Positions 10,193 through 19,930 of a stretch of DNA of 64,000 nt are shown one piece after another. The notes beneath the pieces are model-generated. The model worked only from the letters and a program-made list of their open reading frames with translations. It ran no database searches and was not told the DNA's origin. A program made the position numbers and the translations under genes. Position 1 is the first letter of the stretch, and every line of letters begins with the position of its first letter. This DNA comes from Chitinophagaceae bacterium. GTDB taxonomy: Bacteria; Bacteroidota; Bacteroidia; Chitinophagales; Chitinophagaceae. The stretch lies in assembly GCA_965200945.1 (NCBI GenBank), contig OZ241749.1:2268212-2332211 (forward strand), in the 5' to 3' direction.

Positions 10193-10834
10193 ATGAAAAA
10201 GATCACTTCCTTTTTATTACTCGCGCTGCTGGCTACGCAGGCGTTCTCCCAAAGCGACAAATACAAAGCCGCCATGCAGAAAAATATCAGCCAGCTCGAT
10301 TCCGCACTGGTGAAGAACAACCTGCCTGAGCTTGCCAACAATTTTGAACGGATCGGTGACGTGGAAAAAACACAATGGCTCCCTTACTACTACGCCGCTT
10401 ACTGTACGGTGATGAGCTCACTGATGGAAAACGACAAATCTAAAACTGATGCGACGGCCGACAAGGCGGATGTGCTGCTGACCAGGGCAGCCACCCTCAA
10501 TGGCAAGGAAAGCTCGGAGATCTATGTGGTCAGGAGCATGATCGCCACGGCGCATATGATGGTGGATCCGCAAACGCGCTGGCAACAATACGGTCAGCCA
10601 TCGACCGCCGCGATCAACAAAGCCAAGGCCCTCGACCCTACCAATCCGCGTCCTGTTTACCTCGAAGGCCAGTCAAAGTTCTACACGCCTGAATCTTTCG
10701 GCGGCGGCAAAGGACCAGCCAAGGAACTATTTACAAAAGCATTGCAAATGTTTGATAGCTTTAAACCGCAGACAGACCTCGATCCTGCCTGGGGTAAAGC
10801 ATCTACCCGGTATTTTTTGTCGCAGTGTAATTGA
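10193..10834 (+). CDS. secreted helical (TPR-like) hypothetical protein
   Basis: Signal peptide MKKITSFLLLALLATQAFSQ. The start lies 9 nt after the TonB receptor stop. No family recognised. Confidence 0.5.
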   Translation: MKKITSFLLLALLATQAFSQSDKYKAAMQKNISQLDSALVKNNLPELANNFERIGDVEKTQWLPYYYAAYCTVMSSLMENDKSKTDATADKADVLLTRAATLNGKESSEIYVVRSMIATAHMMVDPQTRWQQYGQPSTAAINKAKALDPTNPRPVYLEGQSKFYTPESFGGGKGPAKELFTKALQMFDSFKPQTDLDPAWGKASTRYFLSQCN

Positions 10835-10844
10835 TCAGCAATCG

Positions 10845-10871
10845 GGCGCCGGCTCCTGGAGAGCCGGCGCC
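10845..10871 (+). terminator. GC-rich hairpin after the helical secreted protein gene
   Basis: ggcgccggctc - ctgga - gagccggcgcc, an 11-bp perfect stem. The U-tract is weak. Confidence 0.45.
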
Positions 10872-10894
10872 AATCAGCATCTTAAACAAAACAA

Positions 10895-11491
10895 ATGGCA
10901 CAGGAATCCTTCTCGGCGGAGGACAGTCTCCGGTTGATCCAATCCATGATCGAACGCACCAGGAAGCAGTTCTCGGATCAGAGTCATTATTTTCTGCTGT
11001 GGGGATGGAGCGCGCTGCTGGCCTGTGTGGCACAGTACATCCTTAAAGTGGTGTACGAATATCCCCGTCACTACAATGTATGGTGGATCACCGTTGTCTG
11101 TATGGTCATCACCGTGTATTTCTACCGGAAAGACAGAAAGAGATCCGCTGTCAGAACTTACATCAACGATAATCTCACCAGTATCTGGAGCGGGCTCGGA
11201 CTTGCCTTTTTTGTACTGAGTATGATATTTGTGCGATTTGGCTTTATGTACTGCTTTCCGTTCTTTATCTCCCTGTACGGGGCGGGCGCGTTTATCTCCG
11301 GGAGGGTACTCCAGTTTCCACCGCTTACCTGGGGCGGCATCACGGGCTTTCTGCTGGCGATAGCTGCCGTGTGGTTCCCCTTCGACATGCAGATCCTGTT
11401 CGCTGCGGCGGCCCTGCTGGCGTGCTACATTATTCCGGGTCACCTGTTGCGCATCAGACACGGTCAATCATCTACTTTATATGCACACTGA
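10895..11491 (+). CDS. hypothetical 4-TM membrane protein, paralogue A
   Basis: 198 aa. It is clearly alignable by eye with the next ORF (LIQSMIERTRKQF..YFLLWGW vs LIESMINKARNQF..LYLLWGW). Confidence 0.6.
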   Translation: MAQESFSAEDSLRLIQSMIERTRKQFSDQSHYFLLWGWSALLACVAQYILKVVYEYPRHYNVWWITVVCMVITVYFYRKDRKRSAVRTYINDNLTSIWSGLGLAFFVLSMIFVRFGFMYCFPFFISLYGAGAFISGRVLQFPPLTWGGITGFLLAIAAVWFPFDMQILFAAAALLACYIIPGHLLRIRHGQSSTLYAH

Positions 11492-12083
11492 AAAACCATT
11501 TAGCGAGCAGGAAAGCATGATGCTCATCGAATCGATGATCAACAAGGCCAGGAACCAGTTCCATGAGAACGGTCACCTGTACCTGTTGTGGGGATGGGTG
11601 GTACTTTTCTGCAGTATCAGCCAGTTCGTACTGATCCGGTATGTAGGGTACGAGCGGCATTATCTTGTGTGGCTCCTTACCTGGGTTGCCGTAGTGTACC
11701 AGATGATCTACCTGTTCAGAAAAAAGAAACGACGGAAAGTGCGCACTTATACCGACGGCATCCTTGCTAACGTATGGCTTGCCTTTGTAGTCAGCATGCT
11801 GCTGATCGGTTTTATTGAGGGAAAGAGCCAGGGAGGCACCATGGGAGGAACGGTTACCGCCTATTTCATTGCCCTGTATGGCATTCCAACCTTCCTCTCG
11901 GGCACCATACTTCGCTTCATGCCGCTGAAAGCAGGCGGCATCTGCTGTTGGGTGCTGGCCGTGGTGAGCGCTTTTATACCGGGAGAATACAAGCTTCTGG
12001 TGCTGGGTGCGGCGGTGATTGCGGCCTGGATCATTCCGGGCTATCTGCTGAGAAGAAGATATTACCTGCAACAATTATTATAA
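11481..12083 (+). CDS. hypothetical 4-TM membrane protein, paralogue B
   Basis: 200 aa. It overlaps paralogue A by 11 nt and has the same architecture and conserved N-terminal helix. Confidence 0.6.
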   Translation: MHTEKPFSEQESMMLIESMINKARNQFHENGHLYLLWGWVVLFCSISQFVLIRYVGYERHYLVWLLTWVAVVYQMIYLFRKKKRRKVRTYTDGILANVWLAFVVSMLLIGFIEGKSQGGTMGGTVTAYFIALYGIPTFLSGTILRFMPLKAGGICCWVLAVVSAFIPGEYKLLVLGAAVIAAWIIPGYLLRRRYYLQQLL

Positions 12084-12106
12084 CCCGGCGTCGATGAAAC
12101 CACACC

Positions 12107-12397
12107 ATGTTTAAAGAACTGGATCCCATATTACATTCACAACTCAGGCTGGCGATCGTATCGCTGCTGATCAGCGTGAAGGAAGCGGAGTTTACTTTTC
12201 TGAAAGAGAAGACCAACTCCACGGCCGGCAATCTGAGCGTGCAGATCAACAAGCTGAAAGAAGTGGGGTACATCGATGTGATCAAACAGTTCAAGGACAA
12301 CTATCCGCAAACCATTTGCAAGATCACTCCGAAAGGCGTGGATGCATTCGATGACTACGTAAAAAGCCTACAAACCTATCTGTCCATCAAAAAATAA
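12107..12397 (+). CDS. winged-helix transcriptional regulator (HTH_34-like)
   Basis: 96 aa. The pattern LDPILHSQLRLAIVSLL...FTFLKEKT..TAGNLSVQINKLKEVGYIDV matches small wHTH regulators. Confidence 0.7.
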   Translation: MFKELDPILHSQLRLAIVSLLISVKEAEFTFLKEKTNSTAGNLSVQINKLKEVGYIDVIKQFKDNYPQTICKITPKGVDAFDDYVKSLQTYLSIKK

Positions 12398-12398
12398 A

Positions 12399-12428
12399 GC
12401 AGCCCGAAAACAAAAGCTTCCGGGCTGC
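12399..12428 (-). terminator. hairpin between convergent genes; best suited as terminator of the minus-strand T9SS protein gene
   Basis: gcagcccg ... cgggctgc stem. The A-run on the plus side becomes a U-tract for the minus-strand transcript. Confidence 0.5.
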
Positions 12429-12455
12429 TACCGCACATATTGATGGCCAGTCAAA

Positions 12456-13883
12456 TTACTGTTTGATGATCCTGGTGATCAGCTTTTCTTTTTTGTCGAT
12501 CACCACCTGCACAAAATAGAGTCCCTTTTGCAACTGGGCTGTCCCTGCCAGCGTGATCCTGTTCGTGCCCGCCTCACCCTGCATTACCTGCTGGTATACA
12601 AGTCCGCCGGTAACGCTCAACACATTTACGGTATAACCGCAGTTTCGGTTTAGCTGGATGTTCACGGCGATGTTGCTGGTCACCGGGTTTGGCGTTACCT
12701 TGATGTCACGCAGACCTGTAATGCCTTCGATCTTTACTTTTACCACCGGAGAATACACGATCTTGCCGTTCACGTCAGACGACTTCACGCGGTAATACAG
12801 TTCTTTGAGCTGGTTCACTTCCGGACTCTGGTCGTCGCTGTATTTATAGAAGTTGATCGATCCCAGGGTACCATACCCTTTCACCGAGGTGATCTTTTTG
12901 AATACGACACTGTCGGTTCCCCTTTCAAGGTCAAAATTTTCAGTACTGTTTTCGTAGGCGGTGGTCCAGTTGATCAGTACCTGTCCGTTGTTGTAACCAC
13001 CGTTGATGTCTACATACCGCACCGGCAGAATGGTGCCCGGTGAAAACAGGATGGTGGCAATGGCGGTAGCGGAACATAACTGGCCATAGCCGTTGTCGCA
13101 TACTTTGTAGGTGAAATGCGTGGAGCTGCCGGTGAAGCCGGAGCGCGGCGTAAAGGAAAAAGCCCCGTTCGACAACAGGTTCACCGTACCATCGGACGAG
13201 CCGCTGATCAGGTAAGCGCTGAGGGCATCTCCATCGGGGTCGCGGTCATTCAGCAACACGTTGCCGCTGGCAAAACCGGTGCTTGCGCTGGCGGAAAATG
13301 CATCGGAAAGGGCGATGGGCGCCTGGTTGCAGCCGCTGGCATAATGCAGGCGGGCGCTGATCTGCAGCTGATCGATTGAAACGGGCGAGGTACGCACCGA
13401 ATCGGTGTATTGCAGCAGCAACCGGTATACACCCGTGCCACTGTTGACCGTATTGCGATAAGTGAGTATTTTATTTGCCGGTGTATTGCTTATCTCCACG
13501 CTGTCGAGCACTTTCACCAGCTGGTTGTTGACATCTGCAAGGCAGATCCTGATCCATCTAGTATAAGCCGCTTGAACCGGGTAGCGGTACGTAAATGAGA
13601 TGTCCGCAGTGCCTTTCAGATCTAGTACAGGCGTATACAATCCGGCGGCAGAGGTCGTCAGTGCCGGATCAAGCAGGAGCGAACCGTCACCTTCGATCGC
13701 GGCGGGGGCACCGGCCGTTACAAAACCCGACAGTTGCCAGCAGCTGCTTTGCAGTGCACCTTTGACCTGCTCCGGGGTGTAACTTCCGCGTGCGTTGAAA
13801 TTTTCTGTTGTCTGGGAGAAGCTGGAGAAAGCGGTAAATAATAACGAAGAAAGAAATACGATACGGGTAAAGTACGTTTTCAT
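12456..13883 (-). CDS. T9SS-sorted surface protein with cadherin-like/VCBS-type domain
   Basis: Signal peptide, an NDRDPDGDAL...FSFTP...FTYKVCDN cadherin-like repeat, and a C-terminal sorting domain (VTPNPVTSNI...GLYFVQV). Confidence 0.7.
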   Translation of the reverse strand: MKTYFTRIVFLSSLLFTAFSSFSQTTENFNARGSYTPEQVKGALQSSCWQLSGFVTAGAPAAIEGDGSLLLDPALTTSAAGLYTPVLDLKGTADISFTYRYPVQAAYTRWIRICLADVNNQLVKVLDSVEISNTPANKILTYRNTVNSGTGVYRLLLQYTDSVRTSPVSIDQLQISARLHYASGCNQAPIALSDAFSASASTGFASGNVLLNDRDPDGDALSAYLISGSSDGTVNLLSNGAFSFTPRSGFTGSSTHFTYKVCDNGYGQLCSATAIATILFSPGTILPVRYVDINGGYNNGQVLINWTTAYENSTENFDLERGTDSVVFKKITSVKGYGTLGSINFYKYSDDQSPEVNQLKELYYRVKSSDVNGKIVYSPVVKVKIEGITGLRDIKVTPNPVTSNIAVNIQLNRNCGYTVNVLSVTGGLVYQQVMQGEAGTNRITLAGTAQLQKGLYFVQVVIDKKEKLITRIIKQ

Positions 13884-14230
13884 TTTATGGGGTTTCAGTA
13901 AATAATAAGCACGAGCCAGAGGAGTGATTCAAGGGATAATTGGATGGACATAACCCGCCCTGCGGATGCGAAAAGGCATGCGGGTGGCGGCACTGTTACC
14001 AGTGAAAACGATCAAACGGAAATGGATTGGAAATTTAACGGACAGAAGCCTGAAACAGGTCTGTGGGTATGGGTTTCAAAGGAGATGGAGTTCAAAAATA
14101 TACACAAATTTTTTCTCTTGCAATCATTTTGGAAATATTTTTTACAACTATTCTTAACAAACTCTTACTCAACAATTTTCAGTAGCTCCTGTTAAAACTG
14201 AGTTCGCCCTTTTCGCATAATTTACCCCCG

Positions 14231-15166
14231 ATGGCTCCAATCATACAAGTAACATCCCTTAGCAAACAGTTCGGCAACATACCGGTGGTAGACCGCCTCT
14301 CTTTTACCGTAAACCAGACGGATGTATATGGTTTCCTGGGCCAGAACGGCGCAGGCAAGTCGACCACCATCCGCATGCTGCTCACCCTCATTGCCCCCAC
14401 CAGCGGGGAGATCAGGATGTTCGGCATGGATCTCCGCACGCATCGCAAGGAGATACTCCGTCAGGTAGGCGCTGTTATTGAACGGCCCGATCTGTATAAA
14501 TACCTTACCGGCTACGAAAACCTCTCGCTGTTTGCCCGGATGAACGGCGTCGACCATTCGAAGAAGGCGCTGATGGAACAACTCGACCTGGTAGGACTGG
14601 CCGACCGTGCCCAGGGCAAGGTGCGCACCTATTCGCAGGGAATGAAACAGCGCCTTGGCATTGCGGTGGCGCTTATTCACAACCCGCAGCTTATTATTCT
14701 CGACGAGCCCACCAACGGGCTCGATCCGCAGGGCATTGCCGATATGCGCAACCTGATCCTGCACCTGAGCCGTCACCTCAACAAAACCGTACTTGTTTCT
14801 TCCCATTTACTCAGCGAGATCGAACAGATCGCCACGCGCATGATCATCATCGACAAGGGCCGCAAGATGGTGGAAGGAAGTGTGGGTGAACTGTCTGACC
14901 CTTCGAAGACCGTCGTGGAGATCGAAGCTACCGACGCCCGCGCGTTGGCAAACTGGATCACCGGAAGCAGATGGGAAACGTTTGTGACCGGTTCGGGACC
15001 CGAATCGGTGACGCTGCAGCTTCACCGAGATGACATTCCCGACCTCAACCAGGAGCTGGTAAGGGCAGGCATCCGGGTCGTTTCGCTGCAAAAGAAAAAT
15101 TCGCTCGAAAATTATTTTTTACAAATCACAGCAGGACAGCAACATGTGGGCACTTTTACAAATTGA
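14231..15166 (+). CDS. ABC transporter ATP-binding protein (ABC-2 type)
   Basis: Walker A GQNGAGKST, signature YSQGMKQRLG and Walker B LIILDEPTNGLD. Confidence 0.9.
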   Translation: MAPIIQVTSLSKQFGNIPVVDRLSFTVNQTDVYGFLGQNGAGKSTTIRMLLTLIAPTSGEIRMFGMDLRTHRKEILRQVGAVIERPDLYKYLTGYENLSLFARMNGVDHSKKALMEQLDLVGLADRAQGKVRTYSQGMKQRLGIAVALIHNPQLIILDEPTNGLDPQGIADMRNLILHLSRHLNKTVLVSSHLLSEIEQIATRMIIIDKGRKMVEGSVGELSDPSKTVVEIEATDARALANWITGSRWETFVTGSGPESVTLQLHRDDIPDLNQELVRAGIRVVSLQKKNSLENYFLQITAGQQHVGTFTN

Positions 15167-16025
15167 GGTCTATAAGATATTCAAGAAGCCGAGAACCTAT
15201 ATCAGCTTTGCTGCCATCGCGGCCATGGTCGCCATTGTGCAGGTGGCCCTGAAGGCGGACGGCATCTCCTATCTCGAATTTTTGATGGGCAGCCTGAAAG
15301 ACTCGATCGTGATCCCTTACGAAACGGTTCTCAACGGCTACCTGGTTTGTTTCATCATCCTGAACCTCTTACTCATTCACATCCCGTTGCTGGTAGCGCT
15401 GGTGGCGGGCGATGCGATAGCCGGCGAAGCCAATATGGGCACCCTCCGCCTGCTGCTGACACGCCCGGTTAGCCGCACCCGGTTCATGCTGGTAAAGTTT
15501 ACAGCCTGCATGATCTATACCATCATGCTGCTTATCTGGATGGCCCTGCTGTCGCTGCTGCTGAGCGTACTGCTCTTCGGCACCAACGACATGATCATCA
15601 CGCGCAACGACGTGGTGGAACAGATCCAGCGCAGTGATGTGCTCTGGCGTTATATCGCGGCCTTCGCCTATGCGGCCGTGGCCCTCACCACCGTGGCGGC
15701 CCTCGCCTTCCTCCTCTCCGTGTTTGCAGAAAATTCGATCGGACCCATCGTTTCCACCATCAGCATTGTCATTGTATTCACCATTCTCTCTGAAATGCAG
15801 ATCCCAATTTATGATACCACGGTGAAGCCCTGGCTCTTTACCTCGCACATGCTCGCCTGGAAAGGATTCTTTTATTCCAGGTCGGATGCCGACGGGCAGG
15901 CGATCAGGGGCAGTCTCGAAAACCTGCCGGCGATCATGCGCAGCCTGAGCATCCTGCTGGGGTATATCACGCTGTTTGTCGGATCGGCCATTGTCATCTT
16001 CAACAAAAAAGATATCCTGTCTTAA
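15144..16025 (+). CDS. ABC-2 family transporter permease
   Basis: 293 aa with about 6 TM helices. It overlaps the ATPase gene by 23 nt. Confidence 0.75.
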   Translation: MWALLQIEVYKIFKKPRTYISFAAIAAMVAIVQVALKADGISYLEFLMGSLKDSIVIPYETVLNGYLVCFIILNLLLIHIPLLVALVAGDAIAGEANMGTLRLLLTRPVSRTRFMLVKFTACMIYTIMLLIWMALLSLLLSVLLFGTNDMIITRNDVVEQIQRSDVLWRYIAAFAYAAVALTTVAALAFLLSVFAENSIGPIVSTISIVIVFTILSEMQIPIYDTTVKPWLFTSHMLAWKGFFYSRSDADGQAIRGSLENLPAIMRSLSILLGYITLFVGSAIVIFNKKDILS

Positions 16026-16026
16026 T

Positions 16027-16719
16027 ATGAAAAAATTTATCAGTCTCTCTGTTGCCCTCTTCCTCTTGTCGGCGGCATTTGCGCAGCCGGCGATGGTGCT
16101 GCTGCAAAAAGTAAGGGAGAAAATCGACAAGGTGAAAGATTACCAGGCGAGCGGTGTGATGAAGACCAACGTGCCTTTTATGAAGGTGCCCGTGGCCGAT
16201 GTAACGGTCTATTTCAAGAATCCCGACAAGATCAGGATCAAAAATGAAAAAGGGATCTCGCTTGTTCCGAAGGGTGCACTCAGCATGAGCCTGAACCAGC
16301 TGATGGCCAACAAAAATTTTACCGCACTGGAAGCCGGTACCGACAAGGTGAACAACGTACCGGTAAAAGTGATCAAGCTGCTGCCGCTCGATGAAAGTGC
16401 GCAGATAGCGGTGTCGACCCTCTACATCGACGAAGCCAATGCCCTTATCCTGAAAGCCCGCACCACTACCCGCGAGAGCGGTACCTATGAGCTGGTGATG
16501 ACATACGGCAAGTTTGCAGACTACGCGCTTCCCGAGAAAGCAACGTTCACCTTCAACATCAGCGAATACAAATTACCCAAAGGAATAACGTTCGACTACG
16601 ACGACGGCAACCAGAAAAAGACCAATAACAACCAGCTCAGCAGCAACAAAGGCATGCTGGAGATCACCTACAACGATTACAAGATCAATCGGGGCGTGCC
16701 CGACAGTGTGTTCAAGTGA
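16027..16719 (+). CDS. LolA-like outer membrane lipoprotein-sorting protein
   Basis: ATG at 16027 gives the signal peptide MKKFISLSVALFLLSAAFAQ. The beta-rich sequence resembles LolA_like proteins. The gene starts 1 nt after the permease stop. Confidence 0.6.
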   Translation: MKKFISLSVALFLLSAAFAQPAMVLLQKVREKIDKVKDYQASGVMKTNVPFMKVPVADVTVYFKNPDKIRIKNEKGISLVPKGALSMSLNQLMANKNFTALEAGTDKVNNVPVKVIKLLPLDESAQIAVSTLYIDEANALILKARTTTRESGTYELVMTYGKFADYALPEKATFTFNISEYKLPKGITFDYDDGNQKKTNNNQLSSNKGMLEITYNDYKINRGVPDSVFK

Positions 16720-16884
16720 GAGGACACGTGGCGTGAGATCGGGCGTACCATGGTTGTAAACCATACCTCTTCGAAACCCTGCTGCACCTATCGCTTGTAC
16801 CTCCAATCCGCTTGTCATCTTCGCGCAGGCGCAGTTGCATGCCTGGTTTTGTTGAGACGCGACATATAGCGTCTTTACGGGAGA

Positions 16885-17991
16885 TCAACTCTCCTCCTGT
16901 ATCTTCTCATCCACCGCATTGGCGAGGATTTCGGCGGTTACTTTCTTGAGCGGGTTCACATGATTTTCTGCGTAGGTCTGGCGCTGCTGGCAGATGTCGA
17001 TGCAGGAAAAGACAGCCTGCATGAAAGAGGCTGCATCCGCGCGGTTCTTCCCGGCGATGTCGAAGGCCGTGCCATGGTCGGGTGAGGTACGTACGCCCTG
17101 CATGCCGGCCGTATAATTCACACCTTCGCCGAAAGCCAGCGATTTGAACGGGATCAGTCCCTGGTCGTGGTACATGGCCAGCACGCCGTCGAACTTTTCA
17201 TGCTGCCCCCGTGCAAAAAAGGCATCGGCACTGAAGGGTCCGCGGATAATAAGGTTGTTGTTCTGTTTGAATTCGTTGATGGCCGGAATGATGATCTGCT
17301 CTTCCTCCGAACCGATCAGTCCGTCGTCTCCTGCATGCGGGTTGAGCGCCAGAACGGCGATCTTTGGTTTGTCGATCCCGAAATCCTGGATCAGGCTTTC
17401 CTTCATGATCGCCAGTTTCGATAAGATGGCTTTCGCCGATATATTCTTTGCGATTTCGCTCACCGGCAGATGCTCCGTTACCAGTCCGACCCGCATATTG
17501 TCGGCCACCATCAGCATCAGTACATCCTTTGCACCGAAATATTCCTGCAGGAAAGGCGTATGGCCGGTATAATTAAATTCGGGCGACTGCACGTTTTTTT
17601 TGTGGATGGGCGCCGTTACCAGTCCGGCGATCAGGTTGGCCTTCAGGGCTGCGGTGGCTGCCAGCAGCGATTTAACGGCGTATTTCCCGCCTTGCTCCGT
17701 GAGTTGGCCGGGCTGTATCGCCACTTCTTCTTCCCAGCAGTTGAACACATTCACCTGTTTGTGATTGATGCGGTTCAGCTCCTTGGTGCTGTGATAGTTG
17801 AAGGTGCCTTCCGTAACGGATTTTTTATAGAAATTGATGGCTTTATTCGAAGCAAACACAACCGGGGTGCAGATCTCCAGCAGCCGCGGTTCGGATATGG
17901 TTTTAATGATCAGCTCGATCCCGATACCGTTCAGATCCCCGCAGGATATACCGATAACAGGCTTCAGATTCTCCACGACTGGATTACTCAT
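16885..17991 (-). CDS. pdxA: 4-hydroxythreonine-4-phosphate dehydrogenase PdxA
   Basis: Motifs GHTPFL, NPHAGD, TSPDHGTAFDIAGK. Confidence 0.9.
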   Translation of the reverse strand: MSNPVVENLKPVIGISCGDLNGIGIELIIKTISEPRLLEICTPVVFASNKAINFYKKSVTEGTFNYHSTKELNRINHKQVNVFNCWEEEVAIQPGQLTEQGGKYAVKSLLAATAALKANLIAGLVTAPIHKKNVQSPEFNYTGHTPFLQEYFGAKDVLMLMVADNMRVGLVTEHLPVSEIAKNISAKAILSKLAIMKESLIQDFGIDKPKIAVLALNPHAGDDGLIGSEEEQIIIPAINEFKQNNNLIIRGPFSADAFFARGQHEKFDGVLAMYHDQGLIPFKSLAFGEGVNYTAGMQGVRTSPDHGTAFDIAGKNRADAASFMQAVFSCIDICQQRQTYAENHVNPLKKVTAEILANAVDEKIQEES

Positions 17992-18099
17992 ACTGGCTTT
18001 TTTGTTGAATTAAACAGCGAATTTACGATTTCCCGGCTTATGCCTGCCGATCGTGGTTTGCGCCGGTGCATTCCCTGGGCCAGTTTGCAACCGTAACTG

Positions 18100-18107
18100 T
18101 ACTTTTG
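18100..18107 (+). promoter_or_regulatory. Bacteroidota -7 box TACTTTTG upstream of rsmA
   Basis: Exact TAnnTTTG match 8 nt before the ATG, with a TTTG about 13 nt further upstream. Confidence 0.4.
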
Positions 18108-18114
18108 CCAAAGC

Positions 18115-18867
18115 ATGCACACCTACAAAAAATCGCTGGGCCAGCATTTCCTGCACGATGAAGCAATTTGCAAACGGATCATCGCTGCCCTGCAGGAACA
18201 TCCTTCCGCCAATCTGGTGGAAGTGGGACCCGGTGGCGGCGCCCTCACAAAATATCTTGTCAAAATTCCCGGGATCAACTTCCAGGCGGTTGAACTCGAT
18301 ACCGAGAAGATCAGTTACCTCCTGCAAACCTATCCCGGACTTGCAGGGAAGATCATTCACGCAGATTTCCTGGCCTTGCCAAAGCCATTCGATGCCCCGT
18401 TCACGGTGATCGGCAATTTCCCGTATAACATTTCTTCGCAGATACTTTTCCGGATGCTCGACTGGCGGCCCGATGTGGAACGGGTGATCGGGATGTTCCA
18501 GAAGGAAGTGGCGGAGCGGGTAGCAGCCAAGGAAGGCAGCAAGGTTTACGGGGTCACCAGCGTGCTGATACAGGCGTTTTTCGATGTGGAATATTTGTTT
18601 GAAGTGCAGGAAACGTCTTTCTACCCGCCCCCCAAAGTAAAAAGCGCCGTGATCAGGCTGCAACCAAGAAAGGAAGTGCCCGCCATGCGTTCGGAAAGGG
18701 CTTTTTTCAACCTGGTGAAAACAGCTTTTAACCAGCGCCGAAAGATGCTGCGCAACAGCGTGAAATCATTGTTTACAACGGAAACACTCCAGGATGAGAT
18801 CTTTATCAAGCGGCCGGAGCAGCTGAGCCTCGAACAATTCGCGGCCTTAACCCACCGCATGAACTAA
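18115..18867 (+). CDS. rsmA: 16S rRNA (adenine1518/1519-N6)-dimethyltransferase RsmA/KsgA
   Basis: [29 protein letters not shown]. Confidence 0.9.
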   Translation: MHTYKKSLGQHFLHDEAICKRIIAALQEHPSANLVEVGPGGGALTKYLVKIPGINFQAVELDTEKISYLLQTYPGLAGKIIHADFLALPKPFDAPFTVIGNFPYNISSQILFRMLDWRPDVERVIGMFQKEVAERVAAKEGSKVYGVTSVLIQAFFDVEYLFEVQETSFYPPPKVKSAVIRLQPRKEVPAMRSERAFFNLVKTAFNQRRKMLRNSVKSLFTTETLQDEIFIKRPEQLSLEQFAALTHRMN

Positions 18868-18883
18868 TGCAGAAAAGACCTAT

Positions 18884-19813
18884 ATGAGCAACAAAGCGAT
18901 CGTAACCGCCAACGTGCACCCTTACCTGATTGAACGGCTCACCACCGCCGGGTATGAGGTAGCGTACGAGCCCAAAATAACCTACGACGAACTCGCGGAA
19001 ACGATCGGCACCGCTACGGGGCTGATCGTGACCACCCGCCTGAAGATCGACCGCAGCATGCTCGAAAAAGCCACCCGTCTTAAATGGATCGGGCGGCTGG
19101 GCAGCGGCATGGAACTGATCGATGTGGCCTTTGCGGAAAGCAACGGTATTCAGTGTGCAAGCAGTCCGGAAGGCAACCGCAATGCCGTCGGCGAACATGT
19201 GCTGGGAATGCTGCTCAACCTGTTGAATAAAATAACCATCAGCAATGCAGAAATAAAAGAAGGCAAGTGGTTGCGCGATGTAAACCGGGGCACCGAGCTT
19301 ACCGGCAAGACGGTTGGCATCGTGGGTTTTGGCAACACGGGACAGGCATTTGCAAAGCTGCTGGCGCCATTTGAAGTCACCCTGCTTGCCTGTGACAAAT
19401 ACAGATCCGGTTTCGCGCATGGAAACATCAAGGAAGCCAACCTCGACCACATCCAGCGTTGTGCCGATGTGGTCAGTTTTCATGTGCCCCTCACCGATGA
19501 AACGCGCCACATGGCGAACGACGCCTTTTTTGAAGGACTGCGCCGGAAACCTGTTTTCCTGAATGCTTCCCGCGGTAAAGTGCACAACACGGCGGCGCTG
19601 ATCAGGGCCATCGAAGGAGGCCTGGTCAGTGCGGCCGGGCTGGATGTTCTTGAGAACGAAAAGCTGGACAGCTACACACAAGAAGAAAAACAGCAGCTCG
19701 ACTGGCTCCTTCACCAGCCCAACGTACTCATCACCCCACACATTGCAGGCTACAGCCATGAGGCATTCTACAAGATGGCAAAAGTGGTGCTTGACAAGCT
19801 GGGGGTGAAGTAA
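18884..19813 (+). CDS. D-isomer-specific 2-hydroxyacid dehydrogenase family oxidoreductase
   Basis: NAD motif [12 protein letters not shown], and a catalytic region RGKV...D...ITPHIAG. Confidence 0.8.
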   Translation: MSNKAIVTANVHPYLIERLTTAGYEVAYEPKITYDELAETIGTATGLIVTTRLKIDRSMLEKATRLKWIGRLGSGMELIDVAFAESNGIQCASSPEGNRNAVGEHVLGMLLNLLNKITISNAEIKEGKWLRDVNRGTELTGKTVGIVGFGNTGQAFAKLLAPFEVTLLACDKYRSGFAHGNIKEANLDHIQRCADVVSFHVPLTDETRHMANDAFFEGLRRKPVFLNASRGKVHNTAALIRAIEGGLVSAAGLDVLENEKLDSYTQEEKQQLDWLLHQPNVLITPHIAGYSHEAFYKMAKVVLDKLGVK

Positions 19814-19877
19814 GAGGGAAGAGTTCTAAAACCACGTTAAAAGCCGTTCGGGGACTCTGTCTTTATCGATATTTTTT

Positions 19878-19885
19878 TATATTTG
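19878..19885 (+). promoter_or_regulatory. Bacteroidota -7 box TATATTTG upstream of the greA leader
   Basis: Exact TAnnTTTG match 87 nt upstream of the greA ATG. Confidence 0.4.
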
Positions 19886-19893
19886 CCTGAATG

Positions 19894-19930
19894 CAACGTC
19901 TAGGTTCGTCCGAGACGTTGTATTTTTTTT
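19894..19930 (+). promoter_or_regulatory. terminator-like hairpin plus U-tract inside the greA 5' leader (possible attenuator)
   Basis: caacgtct - 11-nt loop - agacgttg, followed by tatttttttt. It lies between the putative promoter and the greA start. Confidence 0.45.

Noticed and set aside
13884-14230. Two ORFs of 83 and 63 aa in the 347-bp gap upstream of the ABC transporter, and a possible structured element around 13960-14000.
   Set aside because: The ORFs overlap each other in different frames and look random. The putative hairpin pairs poorly when written out.
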